A stretch of 64,000 nucleotides of DNA, taken from NCBI GenBank assembly GCA_030704615.1, contig CM060734.1, positions 46,996,001 through 47,060,000 on the forward strand, written 5' to 3'. The notes beneath the pieces are model-generated. The model did not search any database, was not told the origin of the DNA, and saw only the letters and a list, made by a program, of their open reading frames with translations. Shown piece by piece: positions 1 through 13,879 of the stretch (positions are counted from its first letter, which is position 1; every line of letters begins with the position of its first letter). The DNA comes from Takakia lepidozioides. Lineage: Eukaryota; Plantae; Bryophyta. A program made the position numbers and the translations under genes.

Positions 1-175
1 GCTTTCCAAGTTTGTGATTTAGATTCTTCATAATTGTTGTGGGTGGTTTCCCGATTTTCTTTCAAAATACTGAACTAAATTGTCCCCACCAAAAAATCTT
101 AGTTGGAGATGCTCCCGGAGGTGATTGGGCAATATCTTATGTATATGCTGTCACACACAAAAAACAGAGAGAATG

Positions 176-300
176 TACTCATAAGACGTTGTTTGCCGTA
201 GCTTTGTGGTTGTAGAACCCGCGCCCAGTTTGGGCAACAAAATGGAACAAATACTGCCTTTGTGAGGGACTCATTCTAGTACTGTGATTACCTTGATAGA
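176..300 (-). mobile_element. Degenerate 3' end of non-LTR retrotransposon family A
   Basis: Encodes ...QTGRGFYNHKATANNVL* followed by GTACA, matching the 3' ends of the copies at 4330-5034 and 19807-20826. Confidence 0.8.
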
Positions 301-315
301 GACAAGCACACATAC

Positions 316-345
<30 letters not shown>

Positions 346-351
<6 letters not shown>

Positions 352-470
352 AATGGCACTTTATATCGTCCGTAGAAACTTGCTCAAAGAGCTTATGGGA
401 CAAAGGGAAAAAACAAGAGACAATAATGAAATGAAATGGTACTTTATAACGTCCGCGGAAAGCTCAAATG
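346..470 (-). mobile_element. 3' end remnants of LINE family B, (CATTT)n tail
   Basis: Reverse complement GCTTTCCGCGGACGTTATAAAGTACCATTTCATTTC resembles the 3' end at 21160-21207; two tandem remnants. Confidence 0.55.
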
Positions 471-3400
471 AGTAAGACAACCACAAAAAAAAAAAGCCAA
501 AAGCAGCCCAAAAGCAACTACGTACCATTCTGAACGCAGGATTTTGGGACTTCTGTGTTGTTAACCCTTGTGCTAACTTAGACTAGATTCATAACGTTGG
601 AAGCTCTACCTCCAAGTTGGTATCTTCATTCCCCTGCATCTACGTGATTAGCAGGTTAAAGGTTAACAACGATCATGGTTGCAACTTGCACTGATGGAAA
701 GAGAACAAAGGAATGAAGTTTTTTCCCCCACCCCTTTTCTAGATGTTCAAAGGAATATCAGGGACATGGAATACAAAAGGAACAGAGCCCTGGTCCCTTA
801 CGACCCTCAGCATAAACATATTACAAGTCCAGTTTGAATGATTCTTTAGATTAGAAGTTCTCGTGCACATGACCTCTGAAATGGGACATTTGTGTGTCTA
901 TAGCGCTGTCTAACAATATTATTTATCTAGAGTACATTATCAAAGAGAGAATGTACGCATAAAAATCATATGAGTTGAGATATCAATTGGATCTTATAAT
1001 GTTCCTGGAATGTGCAACTAGTCATCTAGAGAATAAAGAGGAAGAGATAGATTGCAAAGAGTAGAGACATTGGCAGAAATAAATTGATTGCGTCCGTGGA
1101 TCCTAGAGCAAAGATAAAGTTATTTTACATGGTTACTGTGGGAAGATTGTAGGTCTTTGGTACCATTGTAACTATGTTGACATAGCCATTTATCCTCTGA
1201 CCCTCATTTCCCGTATACGTTTTTCTTCCCCGCCATGTTGCTCAAGCCTCACAATCAATACATGACTCCCCGCTTCAATTTGACAAGCACTGTCAAACAA
1301 ATGAGCTTTGCAAATCCTTCCACAACTTGGGTTCATGAGAACTCTGCAACCCAGTGATGTAATCTTCCTACAATCACGTTAGGCTCTGGAAGTTCTCTAC
1401 CACCACACATAAGCGACCAACAGGTGCCTAGCCACTATCATCTAAAGATTTGTCTTGCCACTGCACATCCAATCAAACAAATCATGTTATACACTGTTCT
1501 ACAGAATCAAACGCATTACTTACTAATATGTCAAGGCGAAGCGGATTGTGAAGCTCACCTGAAATGAGATGAAGAGTATGGAGAAGGAGATAGTTGAGAG
1601 AGAGTGCGTTCAGTTGAAACTACACGTTCAACTGACCCTCCTGACCGCGCCGCCTCGTTGGGACCTTCCAAACACCACGCTGCCCTTTCGTCACCCTGCC
1701 CACAGTGGCCCTTTCTGTTTGTTTTTTGTTTTTTTTAAATTAATGAAAGGGCCCTTTCTGTTATTTTCTTTAAGTGGAAAGAATAACCACTTAGGGATTT
1801 TTATTTTCTTCTAAAGGGAAACACTAATTTTAACATTTAAAAAAAAACACTATCTTCTTTCTCTGATTCTTTCCTTTGATTGGCTAATCCCTCTCTTTGT
1901 TTTTGGCTGTCTATAGTATAGTCAGCTCTTGGCCTCATAAATAGTGGTTCTCCTAGGAGGTTCCTTGTTCCTTCTTGGTTCTTCTTTGGACATTGGTTGT
2001 ATGTGAGCCTTGTTCTGTTTGTTTGTTCGTTGCCAATTGCAGCCGTTTCTGGGAGGTTCCCCACAATTATATCGCCTTATGGCCGTGGTGAGGTTATTTT
2101 TTCCTCGTTCTCTTTTTCAATTTGACTAACAAGGCCTCCGTCCCCCTTTAATTGGCCCTGCCTTCCTAAGGCAGGACTACGCAAAGGGTTTCAGCACCGA
2201 TACTTTCGATTAAACTTCCAATTCGATCGAGACAGTTGTCAAGAGTATATTCTGGTTTTTTAATGAATGACATCCGTTCAACTGCCATAAATGAAAGTCT
2301 ATCGGATATTACTGTGCGTGCCACCTGAGTGATTGAGGGCTCAAATCCTGTTACCTTGATATTTATTGATAGACTAATTATGTGATCTTCCAGATTTTTA
2401 CTACCTATTCATAATTACTATACGGCAAGGCTTGCATGAATTCCATGCATTTATTTATTATTAAAATTTATTTATTTAATTTATTAAAAACAATGCTCAC
2501 ACTTAATCTGGCCCTTTAATTACAGTGAAAGGAAAAAACAAGGGGCTCACCTCGGAATGGCTTAGTTGATGAGATATGTTGGTAGCAAAAAATACAATTA
2601 GATAATTTAAAAGTAATAAAATGAAAAATATACAAAATATATAAAATTAATATATATGTATGTATGTATGTATGTATCATAATATTATTGTTAGAAAATA
2701 ATAAAGATGAAATTGATTTAGTTTTTGAAAAAAACCTTGGAATTGAACTTTAAAACATGAAATTATAACAGGAAAAACTAATGTCGGTAATTAATTTTAG
2801 TGTCGGAGGTCTATAGTCTATTGATTATAATAATATTAATTTGTTTTCCTTGAATTCAAGCTATATTTGAATTCAATATTTACATATAAAATTTATAGAT
2901 GATATCATTTAAAATCTATGATACATATAGGTAAGAACTTCAATACTATCCAATAAATTATTTTTCTCTTCAAGTGTAAAACATTAACAAGGAGATACCA
3001 CCCTATAACGAAGTTAAAATAACCAAAAGAAAACGAACTAGGAGCGAAAAAATAATAATAACACCAGCACCGGCCGAGAAAATACTAGAGCTTGCAATAC
3101 CGCAAAGCATTGAAAAGAACATACCGAAAAACAAAAGGAGCGGACTATTTAGGAGGACTAAAATGTAGGTGTGTGTTGATTTTTGTAACTTTTCTTGTGT
3201 CACCAATTAATTATTAACCTCATTATTGTCACTTTCCATGTGGGGACGAGTGTTTTGCAGATATTTAATTCAGCCTCAAACCCCTAACCAGCATGACTGG
3301 ATCTCCAAACAACATTCAGTTCAACCAGCAAGGCATGGAAGGCAGTAGCCCTTGTGGTGAAGTGACACCACAAGTTATGTTCCCTATTATTTTTATTATT

Positions 3401-4329
3401 TCATATGATGCTTCTTGTCACAGTTCAAATGCCCACAGAGTCTATTCACATTCCAAGTGTGCACAGTCCTTGATATTCACAATCATTTATATAGAATCTA
3501 CATTCTATCTAATCTTTGTACAAGCTCTACTTCTGCATCTCTTGCTTTGCATGAATGCACCGTATTGGAAATCTCATCCAATCTGCCCATCCACCACACC
3601 GTGGAAGCATCTGCTTCTCACTATCTGGTATCTCATCTTTTTGTCTTAGATAGCTCTCGAGCTTCCTCTGGGTTATAACAAGTTTTTCAAGAAGAGATAA
3701 ATACAATTGTGTAGATATTCCTGAGGGGTACTACCTTATCGAGGTCAACGAAGTTTACATTACAAATTGTGCCTTATCTTTTCCAAACGATAATAAAGAT
3801 CCACCGCAAAAACAATTGGGAGCGTGAAAGGACTTACAAAATGTAAAGTGTTTTTGGCAAAATAAATGTTGAACTTTGGAGGTAGAAGAGAGTGGAAGCC
3901 AAATATATCTTACCTACTTTGCATAATGCTTGCCTTGGATCACCTCAAGGTACTTGTGTATACATATCTTGGATCGGTAATGTGGCAAGATGTTCTTATA
4001 TGCCCATGATATCTTGTATGGTGCATATCTTATGGATAACTATGGATGATGTAATCTGAGGCTGCAATCTGACTTATATTGTGCAAGAGGGTCACTTGGG
4101 TACATGACATGAATCTGATTATGAACATACCCCGCCCTCCCACCCTGTTTTATCATGACTGAATGGGTAACGTCACTTGGTGTGTTATGACAAGACTGGA
4201 AATGTTAGATGGTGCCCTGTCATGGGGCTGTTTATGTCTTTAATTGACAAGGACCTAGTTGGTCTTGTCCATGTCTTGACATGACATGAATATCTTCCCT
4301 CTCCCTCTCTCTTTTTAACTTTTTCTGCA

Positions 4330-5034
4330 GAGGGGTCAACTCTGAGGTTAAGAAAACCATGCTTTGTCGCATTATTAGACCTGCCTTGGAGTACGGATCT
4401 GCAATATGGGTTGATAAATCTGACTTAGAGGCTGTAGTGTCCAAAGCCATGTCTGTTGCCATGAGATTGTCTGATGAAAATGAAGTTAGGCAGAAAACTT
4501 CCCTGAACTTGTTTCCAGTCAGTGACATGGGGGGAGGACATCTTGGATGACCTCAAGGGTCTACCCACTCTCGGCACTAGACTGAAATTTAAACTCAGGG
4601 CAGGAAGCCTACCTTTGAAGCAGAGAGGAAAGGGAGAGTGCAATTGCCCGCTGTATGGGCAATCTGAAGACAGTATTCATTTTCTGATACACTGTCCGGG
4701 GTTCTCTCACCAAAGAGATGCTCTCTTCAAATCTATCAAGGGAATTGTGCCTGTACCTCTGTTTACTAACTTTGAAAGTCTCAAGGCTGAGCCAAAAGCC
4801 CAGGCCCTCCTGAGGCCTAGTTATTGGGCAAATCACACACAGCAGATTGATACTTGTGTGAAGGGATTTCTAGAGGATATCTGGAAAACCCAGATTAATT
4901 CTATATATGAAGGTAAGTCTTACTACCAACATCAGCCCCTGACAGAGGCAGGTTTTGTCCCTTTGGTTTCCGCTCAAACTGGGCGCGGGGTCAATGGCCA
5001 CAAGGCTACGGCAAACAACGTCTTATGAGTACAA
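4330..5034 (+). mobile_element. 5'-truncated non-LTR retrotransposon family A (RTE-X-like; RT thumb plus C-terminal Zn finger), internally deleted
   Basis: IRPALEYGSAIW thumb motif and CPLY..EDSIHFLIHCP. TSD TCTTTTTAACTTTT(T)CTGCA at 4310-4329 and 5035-5053. Confidence 0.85.
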
Positions 5035-5110
5035 TCTTTTTAACTTTTCTGCACCCTCTCTCCCTTGTGGTTTGTTTATTTTTGTGAGCAGCAAAAAAAA
5101 GAGGGAGAAA

Positions 5111-5112
<2 letters not shown>

Positions 5113-5176
<64 letters not shown>

Positions 5177-5252
5177 GGGAGAGGGAGAGATCAGGAAACC
5201 AAAAAAAAAGAAAATGGGGGGGGGGGGAGTGACTGAGCCCGTGGTGCTCAGC

Positions 5253-5285
<33 letters not shown>
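5113..5285. repeat. (GA)n microsatellite plus poly-G and poly-C tracts
   Basis: Directly visible; another (GA)n lies at about 318-347. Confidence 0.95.
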
Positions 5286-5399
5286 ACCTTTTTCTTTTCT
5301 CTTTGTTGCCCCCTCTCGAGACCCCGAGCACTTGCTGCTCTCAGCCCCCGACATGCTTGGTTTTTTTTGTTTTTGATCTGGAATGTAGAGGTTGTTTCC

Positions 5400-8300
5400 T
5401 AATGAGTCCAACTTGTGGGTTTGCATAACAGGTGCCAACTTATGGGGAAAGAGAAAAAGTCCCCTGCCCCAAAGAAAGGGGCGGACAATCCGTTTGCTCT
5501 GCTGGCACGTGTGATGCGCCAGGGCGTCTCACGGTTAACCAGCCCCGTCAACAGCCGCAGCCGGAGGGCTCGTCTGCCCCCCAAGGCCAATACCCCCCCT
5601 CTTGTCCACATCTTGGATGCGCCAGGCCGGCTCAACCAACTCTCCTATTTGGGAGGTTGGTGCTGAGCCGGATGCTCAGTTGAGCAGACCCCCGGCCACC
5701 AAGATGGGTGAAATGTACCTTGGCAAGCACATCACCCGTTCGGGGGCCCGGTATAGGCAACTTTTGGATGTCACCCCCATAGCGACCCATTCCTCCGCAG
5801 CAAAGGCTACACTTGCCAAGGCCCAACGTCAGGTTCAAGGGCCTTTGAAAGCCTCCATTGCCAGCCCATTGTTGTCAATGAGGGAAGAGGAGACGAGGAG
5901 GGCCAATGAAGTGGCCAAGATAGCGAAGCGCCTCGAAGAAGTCAAGCCGGGTGAGGGCTTCTACCTTGATATACATTTGGGGGGGGGAGAGGAGGAGGTA
6001 TGGGCCGGTTCAGAGCAGCCTAGCCGATCAACGACACCGCCCCCTGAGCCTGAGCGGTCAGCAAAGAAGGGTCTGGACTACGGGGCGCCGCCGCCAGCTA
6101 TGCTCCACATCTGAAATCTACTTCCAGTGGCGTTCAGGGAGGGGATAGAGCGGGCGCATCCGGCAACGGGGACTCCTGCCACATCGGGTGACACCGGGGC
6201 GAGTCGGACAAGCTTGCAAAGGTACAACTGTCGCACCTTGTTCCATGATTTATCCTTTCCTTTGCATGCATGATTTCCTTTGTTGTTTGTTTCTTTTTTT
6301 GAATTTGAAGGGGTTATTTGTCTTCAGGAGGCAGCAACATGGCTGGCCTCATTGGTCCAGTCCAGTGGGGTTGCCAATGAGGGAGAGTATGTGGTGTTCA
6401 TGAAGGACCCGAACACCAAAGGTAAGAAGAAGAGGCCTCGATCTCCGGAGATCCCTTTTACCATCAATGAAGGGGCTGCCGATGAGAGAGAGAGAGAAGG
6501 GAGAGGGAGAAGGAGAGAGAGGAAGTAGCGGGGAAGGGGAATGAGATGGTTGTGGAGAAGGGGAAGGAAAAGAAGAAGAGAAAGAAGTCCCATGGAGAGG
6601 AAGGGGTGAGTGTGCATGCGAGGGAGGGCAGTGGGGTAACAAAGGAGCAGGGGAAGGAGGCTACAAAGAAGGGAGAGGGTGGGAAGAAGAACATGCCCTT
6701 GGCGATACATGACGTGGAGTTGGCAAAGATCGTGGTGCCACCGGTGGAGGTGAATCGCCATGGTGACCCCTGCGGAGCGTTCTGGGAGGCTATGAAGAAG
6801 CCAGCCTTCGAACTCGCATTGAGGTGGTTCCCTTTGCACATCGAATGGGCTGATCAGCACTTTGGCGCGAAGCGGGCGTATGCTCGTGAGTTAGACCGCC
6901 GGTTTCCGGGCAATTGGAGTGACACAAGGGTGATGGAGATGGTGGGGCGAAACTTGAAGGACAGGAGGTACCGTGCCAGACAGATCATTCGGAGGGCAAT
7001 GGAAAAGGGGGCCATACCCAAACCACCTTATGGAATTACACAGGTTGGTAAATCCTGAATCATGTCACCTTCCATTTGTCGCATGTGCATTAATGAGGTG
7101 GATTCGATGCAATGTATGTGTGTAATTCACTAATTGTTGGGGGGGGGAGGGTGTATAGGTATCGTGGGATGCACTCATTGCGGGAGAGACTGATGCCGCA
7201 AACAAGGCCAAATTTGACTGGGCACGCAAAGCAACAACAGTCCGCCTTGACAAGCACGAATCCACACACAAGTGGGGCGCCGGCGGATCCAAGGGTTTTC
7301 GATGATGGAGCCAGAAAGAAGACATAACAAAATCCATAGGGAAATACGACTTACAAATCGCAAGCGCGAAAAATTGACTTTAATTTGTGGCATGTGTAGC
7401 AACGCGCGCTTGAGAGGAAGCCATCTCCGGTAGAGTAAACTACGCCAAGGAGCATGGTTGATAATCCCTCATGAAGAACATGGCCAACACGGAGGGAATG
7501 AGTGCACTATATGGCATTAGTATGGCTGAGGTCGGGGGTCATGGCCAGGGATTGGATGAGAGCTCTGTGGGACTTAGGGGAACGCCGCCTCATTTAGGTG
7601 CTCTGGCAAAGGGCGCGGAGTCATCAGGCTCATCGAATAGCTTTGAGTCATCCACTGAGGATGAGGATAAGGATGACTAATCCTAGTCCATGTAGGTCCC
7701 AGGGTCAGCCTACTGAACCCTTGTGAGCTTTTCAGCTCAGTTCCTGTAAATATATTTCCATCTTTTCATCTTCCATCTTATTCATGTGTCGCACCGTCCT
7801 CACCCTCGATTCATGCTTGCTCAATTGTGTACCTGCTAAATCAGATATATGGAACTGTAAGGTCTCCCATTCCCAAAAAAAAAAAAAAGGCAAAAACAAA
7901 AAACCACCCCCAATTCACCCCAAAATCAACCCTCAACCCCCCCCACCAGGCTGCCCTCGCGACTGCAGGACGTCGCCAATGGCAACGTGCTTTTTTTGCC
8001 ACGCCCAATAGTCGCTTGGCGTACCACCCGGCTTACGCCACGAGTTTTTGGGTTTTAGGATGGGACTCCCGGGCAGGTTAGAAAAAAAAGGGGATGTGAC
8101 GCTGCGCCGGTGCCCCTACCAACGCCGTCGGCTGGAGGGCCGCGATGGCGAGACGTCGCTCGACGGAGGCCCCTGCCATCGGCACGAACGGCCTGAAAAG
8201 CGACGTCCGGCAGTCGCGGGAGTTGGGGCGGGGGCTTGCGACCCCCATACGTTGCATTTTTGTGACGTCATTTTGGCGACGCCCATGCGACTGCCGGGCA

Positions 8301-8416
8301 ACGGTCGGGCGTCGCAAATTCTGCGCCTGCCGCGTGCCCGAAAAGGGCGTTTTTCCGACGCTGCAGCGTGGCCGCGGCGTGGCTTGGGCGTCGCAAAGGC
8401 CCCCTTTCCTGTAGTG
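5400..8416 (+). mobile_element. Right part of a CACTA (En/Spm) transposon; left end not found
   Basis: Ends ...CCTTTCCTGTAGTG at 8416 (reverse complement CACTACAGGAAAGG). GC-rich subterminal CGTCGC/GCGACG repeats at about 7950-8400. Internal TnpA-like gene. Left boundary is approximate. Confidence 0.75.
6328..7305 (+). pseudogene. CACTA TnpA-like (Transposase_24/Ptta-like) gene, spliced and degenerate
   Basis: ORF 6546-7043 (GDPCG...W...F...RRYR...PPYGITQ) joins in frame across GT-AG intron 7044-7158 to VSWDALIAGETDAANKAKFDWARKA..HKWGAGG, resembling the W..L....K...H..G.GG motif. Probable upstream intron 6222-6327; internal stops. Confidence 0.6.
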
Positions 8417-11400
8417 AATAAACTACTCTTGGCCTATTTGGGATGATGGGGAAAGCAAACACTCAACGCATCACTAAGTGAATCTACACATTGTCGTCCT
8501 CATCAGTAATTTCATCCAAAGATCTACCGTTCTCTTCCACCTTTGTTGTCTTCCACCTATTGTTTAATTTGGTCCGACCACAATCCCATGACACTCTGAA
8601 ATACTGAGCCATATTTTTATGTTTTGTCATTTGTTTTGATGTTACAATATATTTGTTAATATTCATATAAGTCTCAGTCTCTTAAGCACAATAAACCCCA
8701 ACTACCCAGACCCCACTGATATAAAATATTTTTAACATATATACAGAAAGCAGACCCATCTTATTTGTAAAAAATATCGGTTTTGATAATCATATTTGTT
8801 AGTAAACACCATCTCCTCTTGTAGGAGCAAGTAACACTTTTTCTATCATAGTTTCAATTCATGTGTCATAAAGAGGTCAACACAATTCTTGAAAATATGT
8901 CATAGCATTAATGCTGCCCGAGATATGGAATTTTTCACGAAACACGTGTTTTTCACAAGCTCTTCAAAGTTCAACCGAAGGTCGATTGAAAAATCGCGAT
9001 CATATTTGCACAGAGATAAAATCTCGTTTGCGGTGAATATCATCTTTGCACTAAAAAATAGTACAAAGGGTCTCCATTGACAAATCTTTATTGAGTTCCG
9101 TGTCTTTTATTTTTTTCAATGAAACGGGTTCAACTTGGTTCTCAATTTTTCTTAAACTGTGGATGGCAGCCAAAAACCCTTCATTCAACGATTCAATAGT
9201 GACTAGGTATTTTTCAAATATGAGGTATTGCACAACATTCATATATATGTTTGCCTTCATAAAATGAGGTATAAGAACCTTGACAATTATCGTCCACCTT
9301 CATTTTCATGTTGAACATTGCAATATCTTCAAAACAAAAACTTCAAAAAAATCTCCTTACAAGATATTTGTTCGACATTTGATTAATTCTTAAACTTCTT
9401 GAAATATAGAGAATGGTTGGCAACTCACACCTTCACATCTCTTTTACACCATATTAGAACTTTAGTTCATGGTACAATATTCTAATTTTGGAAGGTCTCC
9501 AAGTACATCACCAAAATGGCAAATGTGAAATCATAGGAACTTGTTTTTTGTAGGCAATAATCATCAATAGAAGAAAGCCAAAGAATGCAATATCACTTTT
9601 CATTTCTTTTGAAAGAACTTAAGAGTCATTTAGATGATTTGCTACACGTGGGGGGATCGGAGGCCAAACACATAATGAAGGTATTGTGCACATGATACCA
9701 CAATTTAGATTGTCAATACAAAATCAAATTTTGAAAAAAGAAACACTAGCAGCACAAGTATATAACATCACATTTAGCTATGTTTGAATGCTAAATGGAA
9801 AGAGAAAAAAATCAAAGTAGTATTATAAAGCTATGTCAACTCCACCCTTACAAAGCTTGCAAAGCTCTCCTTGTTCCACTCTTGGTGTTGCAAATGTTAT
9901 GTTGCATTATTATTCGGGAGAAGGAAGCTTCTGAGGTGCAGCTTGGGCTCTTACGCTTTGTTTTGCTTACATGTAAGCGAGGTTGAGGAAACGACTTGAT
10001 GTTCATGCAATATCTTTGGTGCTGGTGCGGACAGCTTACAAGGAAGCGGTGAGGTGAGTGGAGGGAGGTCCCTCACTCATTGTATAGGAGGCGCTTCTGT
10101 TATAAAGTGGGTAGGACCACCAACATCATCTTCAAGAATAAACATTCAACTCACTAACTTGATATGGATTGGACGGATGCATATACTCTGCTCGTAGTGT
10201 TCATCAAAGAACGTCCATGATGCAACAATTCAAATGTGCCCTAGGCTGCACAAACGATCATTCAGAACTAAATCAATAATTATATCATTTGCTGTTATAT
10301 ATGATTCTTCAAACTACGTGAACTATATATCTTTTGTCTCCTAATAATATAACTTCAGTAGGAGATTTTTTAAGAAAGAAAGACTTTGATATCAAATTTA
10401 AAAAAAAAATGTGACATTACCTATTGAGTCCTATGAGCACTGGAGATGCCAAATAACTATGAGTCGAGATTTAAGACATAATTAACTAAAGAAGCTTTAT
10501 ATATTATAATATCTAAGAGCAAAGTATAATTTATCTATAGTTCATGCGAGGACAATTGCATTAGACTGCATGTGCAATTCATCATCAAATATTTCAAATA
10601 GTGATGGACTTGGGCCTCATATGCATCTGAATACTCTTTCATCGTTTGTTGTAATTCCACAGCCAATACAGTCAACCCTACTACTTCGCCGTTTGGATCG
10701 GTCATACTATAGTTAGACAAATGTGTCATAACGTTCTTGCAAGCATCCAATCGACTTGTCATGATTTCCAATATAAAGAGACTAAGATAACAATGTGGCA
10801 TACCCATTACTTGGTTCCAAATACCATCTAAACTCATCTAAACTCCTTTGTTGAGCCTAAATGATTTTTTCACCCTATAATCAATATAGTGTAGATAGAT
10901 TCCTTGTTGGGGTTAAAGTCGGTGATATTGCCACATACAACATTTGTTTCTTGAAGGTATGTGAAGAATGTCTCCTACTTCTTGAATTTCTTTGCATCAA
11001 ACATTGGCTCAACAATTATTATATCCACAGCTGCTTTCTTGGAACTCATGCAATCTAACGCTTGCTCTCTTGAAAGTACGCTGTAATCCATTCATGACAT
11101 CGTTGTAATCATTGGTGAATTTCAACCTATGTTTTTTGCCAGTCAAACTATATATTATCAAAAGAGATTTTTCGTCTGCAAACACATTTAAATGTATGTC
11201 ACAAAGATCGATAACCTGATCCGGTTGTCTCATCGGTGTGGATGCGGATGATGAGCGTGTGTGAATAAGAATAGGAGAGATTCAACTGGGAAAATAGGAT
11301 GGAGAAGGAAAATTGGTGCCCAGTACAAGTTTGAAATTGAAGAAGTATTGGTTAAATTATTCCCTGATGCTAACGATTGTTCTTTACCACAAACACCTTT

Positions 11401-13879
11401 CGCTGAAGAAGTTTGTCCTTTGTCAATTAACTCTGATGTTGATATGTGATATCTGCCAGGAACATTTGCTGCTCCTTGTATTGGCCTCTCACTAACTATG
11501 GGAGGCGTAACTATGGGAAAGGTTCGTGTCCATGTCACAATGCTGTGTTCGGCTGAAATTAGAGGCAATGAGATTTTGCCACCAACGTCGTACTCCTCTT
11601 TATCAAAATCTAATCCTGCAATTTTTTCGTCCACTATTAATGATTTTTGTTTGAGCAACTCATTTGATATAACTATGAACTTGAGAAGCTAGCAATATTG
11701 TGCTTGGATCGGGTATGTAGATAAATTGTAATTCAACCTAGCAAAAAATATTTTTAAAGTTTAGTATATTTGGATAAGTTACATCCAAAAAGAAACAATA
11801 GCCTAAAGGTGAAGTGGCTCTTAGTTGGCTCACAGCTATTCTACCTTTCGCTAAAATCCTTTATTTTACATAAGTTTTGTTTTCGAAGATAATACAAAGT
11901 TCGATATTTTATCCACATGTCATTGTCAAATACTATACATCATCATATATATGAATTATATAAATAAAATATATATAGACTCTTTGTCAAGTGTTAAACA
12001 ACATCTCTATATTTCAAGAACACACCTTTAGATTAATGGCACAACCACAATGCTCCACAATATACTACTCTTCAAACATAGTATATCAAACTGCTCTCTT
12101 AGTAATTATTACTACTTCATATGTAACGAGGCTCTAACGTCATTACATAATATAAATAATGTAAGTTTTTTTTTTGAAAATAGGGGACAGAGGCCCTGAT
12201 GAGAACTTTCTTTTGGATTATTTGGGGAAAAAAATTAAAAACCCTGATACATGAGGCACACACATTGTAATCAGTGAAAAATGTGAACCAACCCATCATA
12301 GAGGGATGAACCCCAGACTCAGCCCAAGGCCGAAAAACGAATACTGCCAAACTAAACAAGGTCAAACATCTATTCGACCTTTGAAGGCGTGGCCTCTAAG
12401 AGAACCACCAGCCCAAGATTACTCAATTAGGAACCTAATGAAGTCATTGACTTTGCTTCTATCTATTAAGTCATCGATAAAAAGGTGATAGGAGGTCGGC
12501 AGAATGTCAATCCCTGCAGGCTTAAATTAGCATGCCAGTATGCTGATCGTGAAATTAACGGAGTTGGATAGGAAGGGAAGAGTAAAAATTGTGACTGAGG
12601 TGAGAGAAGGGATAGAGAAACGGAATAATCGGCCTTTGTCTTGCTATCCTTTGCAGCTTTCGTTGCCGGTTGAACCTATATTAAAACCCATGTCCCCAAG
12701 CCCCACAGTTCAAACTATACAATCAGTGGGTTTTGTAAACCATATAAGCATAAACTACTCAATTCCCAAGGCTGTAAATAATGTTTAAATACCATAAGAG
12801 CACCACAAAAAATTCATATTGACTTGACATGCAAACTCAGGGAAGATGGGAACAAGTTCCCACATTATTTTTGGGGGATATTTTGATTCCACTTTCCATT
12901 TTGCTCTCCTTCTAGTGCCCACCTGGGTCTTTTTATGAAACTATGCGGATATTGTATTGTAAAGTGGCTGCTCTTCCAGAGAGGTCAGTTCCTTTTTGAG
13001 CTAACAAATTAAAATGATAATTTAACATGGAGACTCTGAAAAAGTAAAATTCATCTTGTTAAGGAAAATCCATATTGCACGATATTTAGTTTTATGGGTT
13101 TTGATCCACTTAACTTAGTACACCTTACCGTGATACAAAAAGTTTCCTTCCACGTAATTATCATTCTGGTTAACTAGCATTTGTTTGAGCAGAATCGCAG
13201 ATTGATCTGATTATTGCCTCAAAGTCAACATGGATGGTAGAATCCAACAACAATTTGACTCTTCAACTCCCTGATGTGGAGATGAACATCAGCACCAGAA
13301 ATTCAACTCATTGAGTTGGAAGGCCAAATTTCCTTGAAAAGCTTATGTGAATAATTTGGAAAAGTGAAAATTAAGTATGTTTTGCTCCATTGAAAAAAGT
13401 TGAAGTTTGTATATTAACGTCCAGCGTCTACTGTTCAATGCAAAGCCCATTGAGGGGGACAATGGGCGGTTGAAGGCACACATTGAACCCCTCCTCATGC
13501 ACTTGCTCAAGTGCAAATAACCGAATAGAACTGATTGAATAACTATTAATGCAGGCAATACTTAAACAGATCATATTAGCCTGGCTTATATGTACTTGAT
13601 TTAATACATTATAGAAAGTATTATATTAGTTTATATTGAGAAAAAAAGTACGAGTTTTATATTTTTTATATTCTATTGGGTTCACCCGTGCCTTCTATGG
13701 TGTGTTTTCCTCTTCAGGTTTAATTATTTTCCCCTCTTATAAATAAATTTACGAGGGCCTCCATTGGCCCAATTATTAAACAAACGGCTAGTGGTATATG
13801 GCTCCTCCTTCTGAATAGTGGAATCTACTTCCCTCCATAGTTAACTTGGAGACTCTTTGTTCAATAACATAGTCGGAAC

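Noticed and set aside
1200-1760. 5' end of a host gene on the minus strand
   Set aside because: Splice-like signals are present but no supportable reading frame.
4955-5438. Short ORFs with ER/SL/G/P runs
   Set aside because: Translations of microsatellite and homopolymer tracts.
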